This document shows, piece after piece, positions 40,929 to 55,558 of a DNA stretch of 64,000 nt. The stretch comes from Auanema rhodensis (taxonomy: Eukaryota > Animalia > Nematoda), in NCBI GenBank assembly GCA_964057225.1, contig OZ059897.1:11842001-11906000 (forward strand), written 5' to 3'. A program made the translations under genes and the position numbers. The notes beneath the pieces are model-generated. The model was not told the DNA's origin. It saw only the letters and a program-made list of their open reading frames with translations, and searched no databases. How positions within the stretch are numbered: position 1 is the first letter of the stretch; every line of letters starts with the position of its first letter.

Positions 40929-42061
40929 TTAACATTTCTTATATTTCTTTTATGCACTAAGTACTAATGAATGCTCAAAAATGACATTGCCAAATGCAAA
41001 ATAGTTTTCGTGTCATTCAACCTAAAACTACTCTTCTGACGTTTTTAGTTGCTAGATAAGTAATTGAGCTGTTTTTCATATGTTTTCTTTTCTGTTTTTT
41101 TTCTCATTTTTCCCTTTCTTTCAATATTTCTAAAATCTTTTTTTTTCACCTCATATCTCCCGCTTTTATAACATTGTTCGCTTACCCTCCACCCCCCATC
41201 TACAACTCCATCTAAAACTTTTAAACGAAGTCTGAAGCAATTTGAGTCAAAACCCAAATGTTAAACAAAAAAAACTATACTCAAGAATATTAGAATTAAA
41301 TTTTGAAAAAGAAAGAAAGACTATTACCGGAAACAATTGTGGATGCTGTTGTTGCTAAACTAAGTTGAAATAAAAACGCTGCATATGACCATCCTTCAGC
41401 ATTTACAGCTAAATCATCTCTGAAATAAAGATTTATATAATTATTATATATACTATATACTATATACATATATGTATATAAAATATTTTAATCTTTTTAT
41501 TTTCTTCATATTCGAAGATACATGATGTTTAGTATAATTTCAATAAAATATAATTTTTATAGCTTTATCAATTCAGACTAAAATTCAATTTTACCTGGTA
41601 GGATCATAAAAAAATCTTCCAAAACCTATGAAGGGATTCCGAAATGGTTCATAATCACCATATGATAATCCATAACCGACACTCCAATAAGATAAGCCAC
41701 CAAAAACAACATCAACGACATTTTTAACCATTATATTCACTTCATCTTTAGCGGATACACTTCCAGATTCTAGTAATCCAAAACCTGAAATTTTTAATCA
41801 ACTTTTATTATTTTCTAATTAAAAAGATAGAATTCAACCTGAATGCATAGTGAATATAATAAAACTGCTTGTAATAATCCATACAGCATCATCTTGGTAT
41901 AGTTTATCTACTTCAGGAGAAGTTACATTTTCAGCATAATGATGAATTTCTGAACAAAAATTAATATTTATCGGATTAAATTAATTGAATATAAGATATT
42001 GAACATTGTAAGATTACTTACGAACAATCTCCATATTGGATATGTTTGGAACAGTTGACAT
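38715..42061 (-). CDS. amt-3: Ammonium transporter (Amt family), amt-3-like
   Basis: QDDAVWIITSSFIIFTMHSGFGLLESG, FQLSLATTASTIVSGAVAER, DFAGCSAVHMVGG, LWWGWFGINAGS, IDDPVGIVPIHL, GLRVTDYEEQIGADVIEHG; Ser/Thr-rich tail. Paralog name is from memory. Confidence 0.88.
40883..40925. repeat. (TA)n microsatellite in an amt intron
   Basis: Perfect TA run. Confidence 0.9.
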
Positions 42062-43195
42062 TGTGAAAATGATTTGATGTTCATTCGCGATTTGAAAAAT
42101 TCATAAAAATCAGAATTTCTGTAAATATTTCATGTAATTATTAAGTTATTAAGTACAATTAGTGAAATAGGTTATAGATTAAAAATTATTTATATAAACT
42201 ATAAAAAAGACTGTGAAATTGCCAAATTTTGTGATTTTAGTTTGAAACGCAAAGCGTTTCAGTATTTGATGATTAGGGTTGAGTAGTAGATTGTGATGTC
42301 TCAATAGGCTCTAATTAAAAGAATATTCAACAACAAAAAATTCTGCACATCATATAATCAATAAAACTAAAATTTGTCAGAAAAATTATTTGTATCGAGT
42401 ACAACAAAGCGAAAACTTCATACGTTTAGAGAAAATATAAAAAAAATTCTTCTCCATTTTTATAATGAGCTCGAGCATATGAAAGATAATGAAATGCAGT
42501 TTTCTGTATACCATGGAAGAGTTTTTTTTCTAAAAAATTTGTTTTGAAAACGAAAAACAACAAAAATAGAAACAACAAACGTAATCATATTCTTTTAATC
42601 AAATTTAAACTAATATACATATGCCTTGTAATAGTTAGTAAATGAAAAAATATATAGACATAAATGTATATAAATGTAATCGATCATGATAACATGTTAC
42701 AAATACTTGAAAAATGGAGTAAAATCAAAGTAATCAAGCATGCTAAAGCTCAGGAAAGCCGATTAAGATGTATGTTCAAAGTTGACAGGAGGAAACTCTA
42801 TTGAAGGATTGATGATTCTGGAGATTGAAAGAAAGAGAATTGGCCAGAAATAAAAGAAAAAAAAAAGTTTTTTTTTCTACGAAAAGAATTTTTACTGATC
42901 CAAATATTATCAGCATTTTAGCTGAACGACTAATTGTTTTTTTTTTGCATTTTTTGAGACGATGAAAGGAAGTGTAAATATGTGTAAAAGACATAGATAC
43001 CTAGGGATATACCCAAAATAAACGATCATTTCAGTAGTTGCTTGGAGAAGAAGAAGAGGTGAATTTGTACTTTGTGGTGAAACGAAAAAGCTGGATAAAG
43101 GGATTGAAAGCTGAAGATATGTAGTGAATGGAAAAAGAGAATGATGGGAATAAGAGGGAATATGAGTGATTGAAAGAAGAAAAGATGGAAATAAA

Positions 43196-43198
43196 GAA

Positions 43199-43251
<53 letters not shown>

Positions 43252-43262
43252 GGGGGGGGGTG
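43196..43262. repeat. (GA)n microsatellite followed by a G-tract
   Basis: Perfect GA run then gggtggggggggg. Confidence 0.9.
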
Positions 43263-46200
43263 GAACGACCAAATGACTGGTAGAGAAGAGAATTTAGTTT
43301 CAATCGTTCCGCAATGGCAACTGATTTCCGGCAGAAGTAAACGGGTAATCACAGCAGCATTGGGTGTTTCATTCTGACGAGGACTCTCTCTCACACATAA
43401 GTCTTTCTCAGTATTTCTTTTATTTGCTGGTTGTGCACATATGGTGGACCAAATACAACTCTTTAGCTTAAAAAAAAGAAAGAATGTTCAGTAGGTAATA
43501 CGTGTATCTGGAGCTTTACGTTAACAACATATGAGAAATAAAATACAATTGGAAAAACTATCAAAAGTGGCGGAAGTGACTTATAAATGAAAAAAAATAA
43601 ATAGAGAGAAAAGATGGAAAAGTTAGTTTAGAATTGAAAAATGAGAGCTCAGCCGTTCGCAACTTATTCATTACACAAAATAATATGAAATTCACGTTAT
43701 TTTCCACGTAAAATAGCTTACGCTAATTTTTCAAACAATACCGCGAGAAATAAGGGAATGCACACGAAACAATGGCTTATTACAGATATGGAGGTTTCAG
43801 ACATTTGCTTCGTATTGAAAAAAAACGAAAAAATATTGGATATGGTTAGTAACGAAAAAATTGTATGTTATCTGATTTATATTTACAACAAAAAAAAGTT
43901 ATATGATTCGAGAGAGAATTATCAAAAAAAAAAATAAAGAATGAATAAAAGCTCAACTTATTTTTATTTTCTGTCTATCTCTCTCTCTCTCTTTCTCTCT
44001 CTGTCTGTCTGTCTCTCTTTTTTTTTCTCATTTTACATTTGTTAGTTAGTTCTTGTACTGATATTGTGTGCAAGAATGATACTATACTTGCAGCATGTTA
44101 ATTATAATGTGAAAACTGTGCCAGAACCAAGCTGGGCCTATCAAGCCTCTATTGATATAACAAAAAAAAATTTTTTTGTGATAAGAATTGAATTATGTTA
44201 TTAATTTGACAAAAATGAAAATGCTTAGTTATACATATATAGATATATAATATCTATAGATATACATATCTATAGATATTATATGTACATATATTAATAT
44301 ACAAGATTTTATTGAAAGTGATTTACATTATCTATATGTAATACTGGCATGTAAAAGACTTCTTGACAGGCTTCTAAAAGGAAGATATTTCTTTTATTCT
44401 TTGAAAGAAAGCAAATTTTAAGATTTGTCGTCAAGTATATCTCATAAACTCAATATTTCCCGTCATTTTTGTCATTTTTTTATTCAAATCTCTGAAACCC
44501 CTTGAGGCTTATTGATGTCCTTTAAGCAGATCAAGATTTGAATTGAGTCCGTTAACTATGTTGTTAGAATTCTATAAGTTTTATGAGAAAGCATGAATTG
44601 GAATGTATATATTCACTCAAAAAACTGATGAAAACATTCATTACTCGGGAATATTATCACATCATATTATAAACTATGTGAATTGTAATATCTCAAATAT
44701 AATTATGAAGTTTCTTTTGAGATAAATACATATAGCTTATTCTGTAAAATTTTATTTTATAGTTATTTTTATTATGATTTTATGTAAAAATACTCTATTA
44801 ATACCCTTAATAATTAACAAAATTTAAAAAAAAAAAGAATAAGAAAATAGAAAAGATGAATATGCTGTATGGTTCGTTTGAGGATAAAAATGGTTGCCAA
44901 GACAACTGACTCAGTTTTCCTTTCACAAAGCCATCCCAGTACCCGTAGACATATAACCCAATCTATTATATGGTGTTATCATTTTCTTGAAGAAATTAAA
45001 TATTATAACGAAAAAATTGAATTGAATATGTCTATATTACTTTTTGATCTCTCTATTTCTCTCTTTTTCTATATATAGATATAGATATATGTATATAATT
45101 ATATATAGTAAAACTGCAAGTAAAAGATTGAAAGGGATATCAAGAGTTCTAAGCTTAAGCTTATAATATGCTGAAAGAAATATGTAAATGGGCCATGTCA
45201 GAGTAGAAAAAGGTATAAGAAGAGTATGAACTGAAAATATTATTACGATGAAGTTGAACTTATTAGAAATCTATAGTATTGCTTCTTCATTAACTACAAA
45301 AGAGATGCGTTGAAGTTTAAAAGCTTGAACAAGACAGATGAAATATTGAACATATAATGGTTAAGCAATAAATAATTAATTTTTAAAAGAATATGATTTT
45401 TGGAAGAAATTTAAAGATGAAAATCTTCTTGTATTGTTTGAACCCTTCTTGTATATTTAATCATGTTAGTAGGTAAACAACGGTTTTCTTCTGACAAATA
45501 TATAATAATAGAAGATCAGGTACGGCAATAGAAAAATCAGACAAAAAAAAGTTTAAAAAATGAACAAAAACAAGAGTTGAAATTTTTTTTCATTTTAGAG
45601 CAATGCACAATGAAAAAAGATTCTATTGTTGAGTTATTTTTGAATTTATATTCATCTTCATTTGGCTATATTTTCTATTAAACACTGTGGAATCGGAACA
45701 GCATTTTTATTTTATTTGATTCAATAGATAAGCTTAGTAGAGCTTAATAAAAAAATATTTAAATATATCTAGTGTCATATACTATTTTAGAATATATACG
45801 TATACATATAGTCAGATAATGATTAATATATTTATAATGAAAATTACAGATTAGAGGACACAATATGGATGAAATGGCATGTAGTACGAATGCATATCAT
45901 ATGTATTCTAGCTGATATCAGTAAAATGTCGAGCGAAATATAATAAAAAGAAAAATATTCTCATGAGAACAACTGCAAACCTATGCACATTGGGCTTTTT
46001 ATATTTAAAAACCAACAAATTGGATGAAAACATCAAATATTTCGAAAAACTGAATATTAGAGTTATGTAAAACATAAAATCACAAAGAAAACTATTGAAT
46101 AGAAAAGTAGCTGAAGGCTCTGTGTGCTTATGGCTTCGTTCATATGACCGACAACATCTACTCAAAGATTTACCTACACATTCATTCCACTTCACTTCAT

Positions 46201-47312
46201 ATTAATTTTTTTCACAATATAATAATGATAAAACGATGTTGAAAATACTATCCATTCACTGTCCATATGATAGAAACAAAAGTTTTTTTCTTGTTTTTGA
46301 ATAATTTATTATTTAAAAAAATGTTTTGAAAATGAGAATATAGGGAATATTTAGTATTGTATAAGCATTGTTTAAGAATTTAAAATAATTCACCTTCACC
46401 TCTATAAGAAAGTTATTTACGGAAAACAGAACTTTTTAAAAGATCTAGCAAATGATCTCGAAAATGGTCTGAATGAGTAATTGAAAATTTTTTCTATATG
46501 TGTATTATCCTTAGCTTACTTTTCAAATTATCGATGTAAAAATTATTGAGAAGGGGAGGAGAGTTTGAAGTTGCAAAGTGCACCTCTTTTACGATAGCAT
46601 TTACGCTGCTTGCCTAATTTTGGCGATTTCTAAAATAGTTCGAACAAAACATAGTTTAAAGGTAGAAGAAAACATATAAGTTGAACTTGTAGTCTTAAGC
46701 ACTAAATTTAATAAACATACAATATATTGAACAGAAAAAAAAGTATTTATATTAGCTTTACTAATATTAAATCAATTAAATAATATATCCATATAACCAC
46801 ATTTTTCACTATTTTTGATTTTTCATTCATCTTTTACACTTGACCAAGTTGTAACTCTACTTTGACATTTATATGCTTTCAACGGCGACTATTATCCACC
46901 ACATTCATGACAAAATTAAATTTACTCAGTATTTCAGCAACTGAAGCATGATTTGTTTCTCTAAGCATTAATAAAGTTCAAGGATGCTTCCATTTTAGTG
47001 AAACAATTAATTATTAACCAAATTTTCAAAAATTGTCATAACTATTTCATATTCGCCATCCATATTTTAAACGTTTTACAAAATTTATTAATTCTTATTC
47101 ATAATGTAATTTATTTGAACTGTATTCAAAGATTGAACTTTATAATTTCTTCTTCTTTTAAACAAATCAATTATCGAACTAATATTTTATAGTGCACAAT
47201 ATAGAATTATAAAGTTACACTTATCATATAGGAAGAAATTAAAAAGCTCTGATTAGACTAGTCAGTCTCACAAAAATATATATATATGTATGTATATGAT
47301 ATTTTAAAAATA

Positions 47313-48438
47313 TTACATGTATGCTCTACGGGCTAATAAAACTCCGAACACTGCAAAAGATAATACACATAATGGTATAAATATAAATAACTGCATATCA
47401 CATGATGATGATTCCCGTATTTCATTTCTTGGCGAAGGGTTAACATTTCGAGGTATTGTACTATTTACTTGGGTATTTGATTCAGGACTTACTGTACTTG
47501 TTGCTGACTCAGCACCCTCTTCAGGATTATTAGAGGATGGTTTCTCCGTCTCGGATACGGACGAAGTTCTCGAATTATCATTTTCGTTCTGAACTTTTAA
47601 ATTTATTTTTCATGTTTTCACTAGAAGGCAAAAACCTTGAAGACGAGTTGAGTTGCCAACTTCTTTGCCTCTTCCATAGCTGAACCATCAACAAGAGGTT
47701 TAAGAGCAGTTTTCATACATATTCCACATTCCTTACAAGTCCACTCTAAGCTTCTATAAAAGAATATAAGAAATAAATTACGAAAAAACTTACTTTTTAG
47801 CTAATCTTTTCACCTCAGCCTCAGGATAGTCTAAGCCCCCAATTGCCCCCCTTGGGTCCGTTGGCATAAAACCAATTAAAGCAAGAATAGCTGTCCTAAC
47901 TAAAAAAATATATTTGAAAAGAACAAGAACAAAATAATTGAAGAGAAAAAACCCAGTTAAGAGATAAATATTACCTGACCATGACGGCAACCAAGTTTCA
48001 GGATGATATCCAGATATTGAGAGACAAATTTTTCTATTAAGTTCAAAACGACCATTTGGCTATAATGCAAAATAAAATGATATAAAATGAAATATTAATG
48101 CATACAGTCAATATAATCAAGTTGGGAGGCTTCATTGGATATTCGGAAGGGAATATTATTTTACCATGATAAATCCCACCGTCAAATTTTGTTTCTAAAG
48201 GACCTCTCACAGTGAAATGCCACTCAAATAAATTATCCTGAAATAGGGTATATCTATAAAAAAAAGTATATTTTTATATAAAACCTCAAGTGGTTGAGCA
48301 AAAAACATTTCGGTGGGTTCAGCTAACTCTGAGGCTTCCCTCATAAGTCTTTTTACACCTAAATATGCTATTCACGTTTTCTAGAAAACAATTTTGAAAC
48401 ATACCGGCACATTTGCTGTTATATTGAGGTGCTGCCAT
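47313..48438 (-). CDS. ubc-6: ER-anchored ubiquitin-conjugating enzyme (UBE2J1/Ubc6)
   Basis: GVKRLMREASEL, NLFEWHFTVRGP, YPMKPP, PNGRFELNRKICLSISGYHPETWLPSWSVRT; C-terminal TM LFIFIPLCVLSFAVFGVLLARR. Confidence 0.95.
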
Positions 48439-48755
48439 GTTTTTTTAAAAAAATCTTCAATGAAACGATTTAACTTCAAGTTATAGAAAATAAGCAGTAA
48501 TTAAATGAGAATAATCGTAAAATTAAAAAAAAATAAAAGTACAATCAAATGAGAAAATCTACTAGGATCAATTAAATAATAAATATATTGCTCTAAAAAT
48601 TAAGAAAAGCTTTATTTTAAGCATATCACACGTGTGACTACGCGTACGCAAATTGACGTCCTTGTACTGTATATGGTAACTTTGCTCCATCTTATTATAA
48701 TCGCAACGCTAGTATCATCTGTTTGCTTATGTATAACTAACTTTTATTTCAGAAA
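48439..48755. promoter_or_regulatory. Bidirectional promoter between ubc-6 and aka-1
   Basis: Head-to-head ATGs 318 bp apart, with a CpG-rich core cacacgtgtgactacgcgtacgcaaattgacgtc at ~48627-48660. Confidence 0.6.
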
Positions 48756-51700
48756 ATGGATGTGGTTCCAGATATGGACGATCTTCTGGATGAAATAGAA
48801 GATACAATAAAAAATACTAATGGACTAAACAATAATGCTGTAAATATTTCTGAAAATACTAAAGTATGTGTTATTTCTTTGTTTTTAACATTACGCATTT
48901 TTGTTAAGATTACTGCTAATATCCAATCAACTAACGAAATTATTGAACATAATCATACTTGCGTGGGTCAAGTAATAGGTATTACATTAACTTTACAGGC
49001 TCTTGTGCAGCATATATGTATTTATAGATGAATGTAATCCAATTAAATTTCAAAATAATGATCAAATTTGCGAAAAAGCTGTTAATGAATCTTGCGAAGT
49101 AGCTGTCAATGAATCTTGCGAAGAAGCTATGAAAGAATCATATGGAGAAGCTCCCACTAAATCATATGAAAAAGCTCCCAGTGAATTATCTGAAGAAACT
49201 GTCAGTGAATCACAAAAAGAAACTACCAACGTCCCTTTTGAGGAGATTTCTAACCAACTCTCTGAAGATCAAGACACCGAACAGCAACTTCAAACTACAG
49301 AAGTTAGCAATTCTGATGTAAGTTTTATATTTATATGTTGTATGTAACAGTTTATTTTCAGACTTTACATGATGACCACATTGAGGATGAGGACAATATG
49401 GACTACGAAGATACGTTACGTTATCTTAATAGTTTTTCTATTTCAACCGATTGTAAGCAGCTTATATTTTTGGGTTTTTTCACCATTTTCTATTGCAGTA
49501 CTTGAAAAACCTTTGATTAATTCGGACTCTACTGACGCAGCAATTTTAAATACTTCAACAGGTCTCTGTAGTGAGCCGGATGAATCTAGTTTACCAGGTT
49601 TGAAAATTAAATTAGATAAAAAAGTAAGAAAACATTTAGATTCCAATCGCTCCGAAGTTGATGAAAGTATAGAGCATAGAGATACTATGTTGATGTGTGA
49701 AAGCGATTGTATATACGATGAAACACAAGGTATAAACATCGTAATCCCAGACGCATCTTTTACCATATAGTTCAGATGACTTTGATTCAGTAGGTTCTAA
49801 CAATGATCCTATTGAAAGTGCAGCAGTAATGACTGCTGATAATCTCTTAGATGATGTAAGCGATGAAGTAGAGCAGGCTATTCGTGAACATTTTAATACA
49901 TCTGCCCCATTACTCAATGACGAGCCTTATCTTCAAGAGCCGGATTATTCATTAATAGTTGAAGCAGATGACAAAGATCTTACTGCGGAAACGCCAACTG
50001 TAGCTGTAGAAAGCTCACTTCATGAAGATTGTAATATAAATACGAAAACAATGGACGAAGAAGACGTTGTTGTAATGGCTGATGAACAAGATTATGACAA
50101 TAATGTTTATTCTACAATTGAATGCCAGTCTTCTCCTACAAGTGAATTTAAGTAAGTTTTTCTAGAGTTTATGTTGTATTTTTATTATTTACAGCGAAGC
50201 TTCGACTTCTAGCATTACTGAAACATTTGAAGATGATGATAGTACAACGGCACATAACGTGGTATTTAGCATATTATTTATCTGTAACATTTTTTTGCTA
50301 TTTCAGTCAATTGCAACATTCCATGATTTGGGAGAAGAATCGAGCTCTAATCGCTTAACCGAAAGTGAACTAATGCTTGGAAAAGTGAGCTCTGAATTGT
50401 TTGTTTAATTACCGTATTTATATTAAGACTAAGCCATATTGGATTCCTGATTCTGATTGTTTTTCATGTATGTTGTGTGACTTAAGGTTTTCGTTTTTGC
50501 TACGTAGACATCACTGTCGGTAAGTTTTTTATATCTATATCTATTTCACTCTTATTTTTTTCATTTGTCGTTATTCCTTTTTAGAGCATGTGGCAGAGTT
50601 TTATGTGCTGCATGTTGTAGTGAGAAAGCGTATTTACAATATATGGCCGATGATCCAAAACAGGTAGTTCAGTTATACTTCAAATATTTAAGGTAATCGT
50701 TACATTTAGGGTCCCACTCGTGTGTGTACGCCTTGTTGCACTATGCTGACTAAAATAGAAGAATATGAGAAAATATTAGCTGAAGAAAGGTATGTTGACT
50801 ATACGTTTGATTGTTCACTTATATTTTGTAGGAGCAATGAGGAAACTGTAAGAGTAAAAGGAGTTTTGAAAGTGCGGGCTGCGTCCACGGGAGAACCATC
50901 GGATCAACCTTCGTCATCTGAAACAGTAGACACTTCGCAAGGAACACAACGTAGAAGTGTGATGTTCAGGTGAATATAATTGTGTGATTTGTTTTCACAA
51001 TTTTTTTGCAGGGATGGCACAAAACCAGGTACAGCAACACAAGATCAAGAAGAGCAGGAGAAAAGCACAGCTATTAAACCTAAAAAGGTTTCCAAACTAG
51101 CTTTGAAATTAATATAAACATAATTTCAGAAATCGCGTAAAAGACAATCTGTTCAAAGAAGAATAATGCAGCTGAAGCTCGAAGATCAATTGCAAAGTCT
51201 ACTACCAACGCCGGAAGCTTCGCAATTTTTAATAGCAGGTTCTAATGATGAGCCTGAGCGGATTGATGTATGCCAAGCTGAAGAAATATTAAGATCACTA
51301 AAAGTGCTCAAAGTTTTTCTTAAAAAGAATCTTCTAGTCGACATTGCAATAACAGAAGGTTCTTTCGTAATAGGATTATTTTTTTCAGTTTTATTTTCAG
51401 TGAATGATCTTAGTGTTTGGGTAGTTGCATCGACTGGTTTTTCCATAATTGGACAAAATGAAGTTGCATTTTGCTGGTTGCGAGAAGAAAATGAGTATTG
51501 TGTTCCTATTAATGTTTTAGAACGAATATCTCAAGTTTGTTTATACTAACTCGTTGTCTATGTCAGGTGTTTTTTCAGATTTTTGTTTCTGCTTGTGAAG
51601 TCCATGCTGATGGTGTACAGTGTATAGAAGAACGGTTTCCAGTATTGCATTCATCTTCGGAGTTTTCTCCCCCATTAACAAGGCATATTTTATTCTTTGA

Positions 51701-53434
51701 ACCTACCACTCAGGTTGGTAGTATTCATTTATTTAATTTACCGTTTGGCACTATAGGATCTTAGCTTTCTCCCTATAAAGCCTGAAAATGGTATTCGTAT
51801 GGCTTTTTTTGTACATGACGATGAGTTGCCCTGGGTTTTAGCATGTCCTAATCGTGTTTTACTTCGTCTAGGATTAAAACAAAGCTGTAAGATGATATAT
51901 AGATTTTTTTTCTAAATTACTCGTGTTATATCTTGCAGGTTATCCAATCCCAATTGTAAATATACCTAACAGGGATCCCGTTTATACATCTGAAACTAGC
52001 AGAACTGTTTTAAAGGTATTGTATAATTCATTTTTCATATATTTGCGTGTTCTATGTTCCAGGTGTTCACTGATTTTCGTAACTGGTCATACAGAATGAA
52101 AAGACTGTATGGAAGCACTGTATCTCTTCATATTGGAGGAAATCATACAATTGTTAAAGTACCGAAACACTCTAAAGCTGTGGTAATTTTTTGTATCAAT
52201 CGAGTTTTCTATATGTTTAATATTTAGATTAGCTCTATTTTATCCTGGAATCGGTCCATACTAGCCTGGAGATGTGATATCAACACCAAAGCTGATAGCC
52301 ATCTTGTTTGTGAAGAAGTTGATGGGTTTTACACTACACAAATTCTAGCAGAAGGAACACAAAGGAATGGTGAGTTACAAAGAAACTTTTTAGTTACTCT
52401 TTCATTTTCATAATTCACACGTTTTTCTGAAAACCTAACAAAATTTATTTGTAGTTACTGGTGCTTCATTTGTTATATTCAATGGGTCTTTAAAATCAGT
52501 TGGACAACTTCAGGTTTTTGCTTAAACCAACTAATTTACACATGCATAATTTATAGCTTTCTGTTATCGAAGATGGTATTGCTATCATGATGCAGCCCGA
52601 AAAGTTCACTGCTTTTCAAGAAAATTTGAGCAGCCAAGGGGTACTTTAGCAAACGCTGAAAAATAAAATATATTTGTTTGCAGTTCGAAGATTTCACCAT
52701 TGAGGATTCTGCGGGAGGGAAATTTTCGTTTGAATGGGTAGATGATGATCACAATATCTCTGAATACTCTCCGAAATCTCCTATAAATAATCAGTACATT
52801 GGGGTTTGATTTCAAAGTTCATCCATTGATAGCAATCATGTTTTTAGGGATTGTTCCAATACGGATTATCTTTAGAACGAGCTTTGACGTCAGTTTTGCA
52901 TGCTACTGCCGATGGACAATATGGAATAATTCTATCACAAGTTCTAAATTGTAAAGAAGGACGTTTGGATCCTGATGAGGAACCCCGGTTTTTTAGGTAC
53001 CAAACATGTTGTTTTAAAGTTCTATAATGTTTATCTGTTAAGTGTTGCTGAGATAATTGCTCGAGAGTGCAGTTTTCATTTAGATGCTTTCATTCCACTG
53101 TTGAATAATATGAATATGAGGTAAAAACATATGCTCAATCTATACTTATATTTGTTTTTAGTAAAATTGCTATTCGGGTTCTCGCTACAACTGAAGTAGT
53201 AGAGTATGATGTGTCTCCATGGCCAGGTCTAGAGGTAGAGCATTCTAAATACAAAGAAAATATATATCAGGTTATTCTTTTAATTATCATTTTTTCGTTT
53301 AACTAAATAATTTTTTCTAGTTGATTCCTACATTATATTCCATCATCGAGCACTTCCGAGCTGGTTTTCATGTAGAGATTACTTTAAGTTTAATTGTGCT
53401 CAATTTTTTTTTAGCACATAAGGGGAGTTCATAA
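48756..53434 (+). CDS. aka-1: FYVE-domain SARA/endofin-like A-kinase anchor protein
   Basis: MDVVPDMDDLLDEIE N-terminus, long acidic region, FYVE KPYWIPDSDCFSCMLC...RRHHCRACGRVLCAACCS...RVCTPC, RVxF-like RRSVMFRDG, SARA-like C-terminal VTGASFVIFNGSLK/SVIEDG. Confidence 0.88.
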
Positions 53435-55515
53435 TTTTTTTCTTTTAAGTAATTTTATTTCTGTATAACAGATTTTTTAAACTAATTTTTTTAATGTATT
53501 CTGTGATAATTTTGAAACGTGTAGCAAAATTAATATTTATAACTTTTCTATTTGTGTTGAACTGTAATTTGGTCATAATATCATAGTCATGTATGTTTCA
53601 CGCCTTACTTAATTAGGAATTGGTTTTCGTCACATAACAATTTGTTTAAATTGATATGAAAATTCTTATTTTTACTTTTTTTGTTTATAAATACATTATA
53701 AAAGATCAATGACGTTTCAAACAAGAAAAAAGGAATTTTTGGTTTTTCATTTTTTTACATCTCTCCAAATCTTGCAAAACTATATTTGATATTCATGTAG
53801 GCCACGTCGTTTTGGTCATTATTCATAGTGTGCCCTTACATGATCGGAGCATTGTTTTACATCAATGTGTTGAGTCAGAGTCATCATTTTGGAATTGTAT
53901 ACTTCCTTCAGCGTGTCGTATCAAATGTATTAAATAGCTTGAATATATGAAACTGAGATCAGACGTTTTCTACATCGTATAGACAGCCTGATTACTGACC
54001 CAGCCTAGGCTGGGGTAGTTCCGCATCCGGATGTCTAAAGCTCATAATGATCCTATAACGTCATTCGGATTCTAATGACTTTACCACAATGGAAGTAGCT
54101 AAGCAATTATGTGAATTTTTAGGAATTTCATGTTTTTTCCCTATATGATATATCAGTTAAGACTTATTAATGGAATTGGGAATGCATCATGCTTGAAACC
54201 TGGTTCAATAGTTTGTACATACAATATTGGTTTTCAAATTTATAGGTTATGATATGTAAAAATGAATAAAAGCTTCTTATAACATAGAAATGTATATGAA
54301 ATATTTGAGAAAAATTAATTAGAAGCCTAAGCCATAAACCTGAAGTATAAATGTGGTACATGGAACATATTGACCAAATAGACATTTTCGTCCATTTTTT
54401 CTTTGATATCTTTTTAACATTTTTGCATTGTCTTTGTATGAGCTTTTTTTTAGTAGGTTTTCAGAAAGCTTAGACGACATTAATAAGAAATAAAGATCAA
54501 AGAAAGACAATATCTTATGATATTCGTCAGCTTTCCGTCTAAGACACCCAATAACCTTGCTTCAACGGAAAAAGCAACCGGGAGTATTTTCAACTAAAAA
54601 CAGGGCTTTCACGGCTTATCCTTCATCGTATATAATCAACAAGATGACCAGGACAACTACTAAAAATTATTTAATTACGAAAAAAATATTATGGTTTCTT
54701 TCTTTGTATATAATTATGTTTATACAACTATATATTTATTTGTTTGTTTATTTATTTATTTATAAACCACTACTAGGTATGCAAAGCAGCATTCGATATA
54801 CAACATTACTTATTTCATTTAAAATTATATTTTACAATTCTTAGTATCATGACGAAAGAAATAGTTTTAAAAACTAACTCGCATGAAAACACAGAAAGTG
54901 TCATTCTGTCATGACACAGTTGTCAGCTTTTTTCAATCCGAAGCTTCTTCGTTTTTTTTGATTCATTGTATGATGGCTTGTTCTCACATTTTGGTTAACC
55001 TCTTGAAATGGGTACTCTGTTTATTTGAAACACTAAGATGAAATCTGAGTAATGGAAAACGAATTCGTGTAACAAATAGCTATGAATATATGTTAAAAAT
55101 TTATTTTTGTGGAAAGAAGATCGATGGATAAGCTTATCATTGATGTCATTCTAAAAGTGTTATCTTAATATTTAAGATAAAAATAGGACAATGCGTGTGG
55201 ATCGAAGCATATACTTGGAATTGATAAATGTAATCTGTTATTCATCGCTTTAAAGAACGATGAATCTCAAAAAATCCTTTCGACGGGTATAATCATGTAG
55301 CATTAGAAAGCTTGGAGGTCTCAACTAGGGAAATCTATTCAGTTGCGTGAAGCAGGAACTGCCTTCTTGATTTGAATCTTCAATCCTAATAAAGAGTTGT
55401 CGTCCTTCTTTTATTTGAGAGTGATTTTTTGTGATTCTTGTGTAGTATAATTCTTTTTAAGCAATGGAGGCAAGCACAAATATTATATAAGTATCAAAAT
55501 ATAAAGCATATACAG

Positions 55516-55526
<11 letters not shown>

Positions 55527-55555
<29 letters not shown>
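55527..55555. repeat. (TA)n microsatellite
   Basis: Perfect TA run. Confidence 0.85.

Positions 55556-55558
<3 letters not shown>

Noticed and set aside
42776-43394. Several 70-120 aa ORFs upstream of amt-3
   Set aside because: Artefacts of the (GA)n microsatellite (LSLSLS) and purine-rich promoter sequence.
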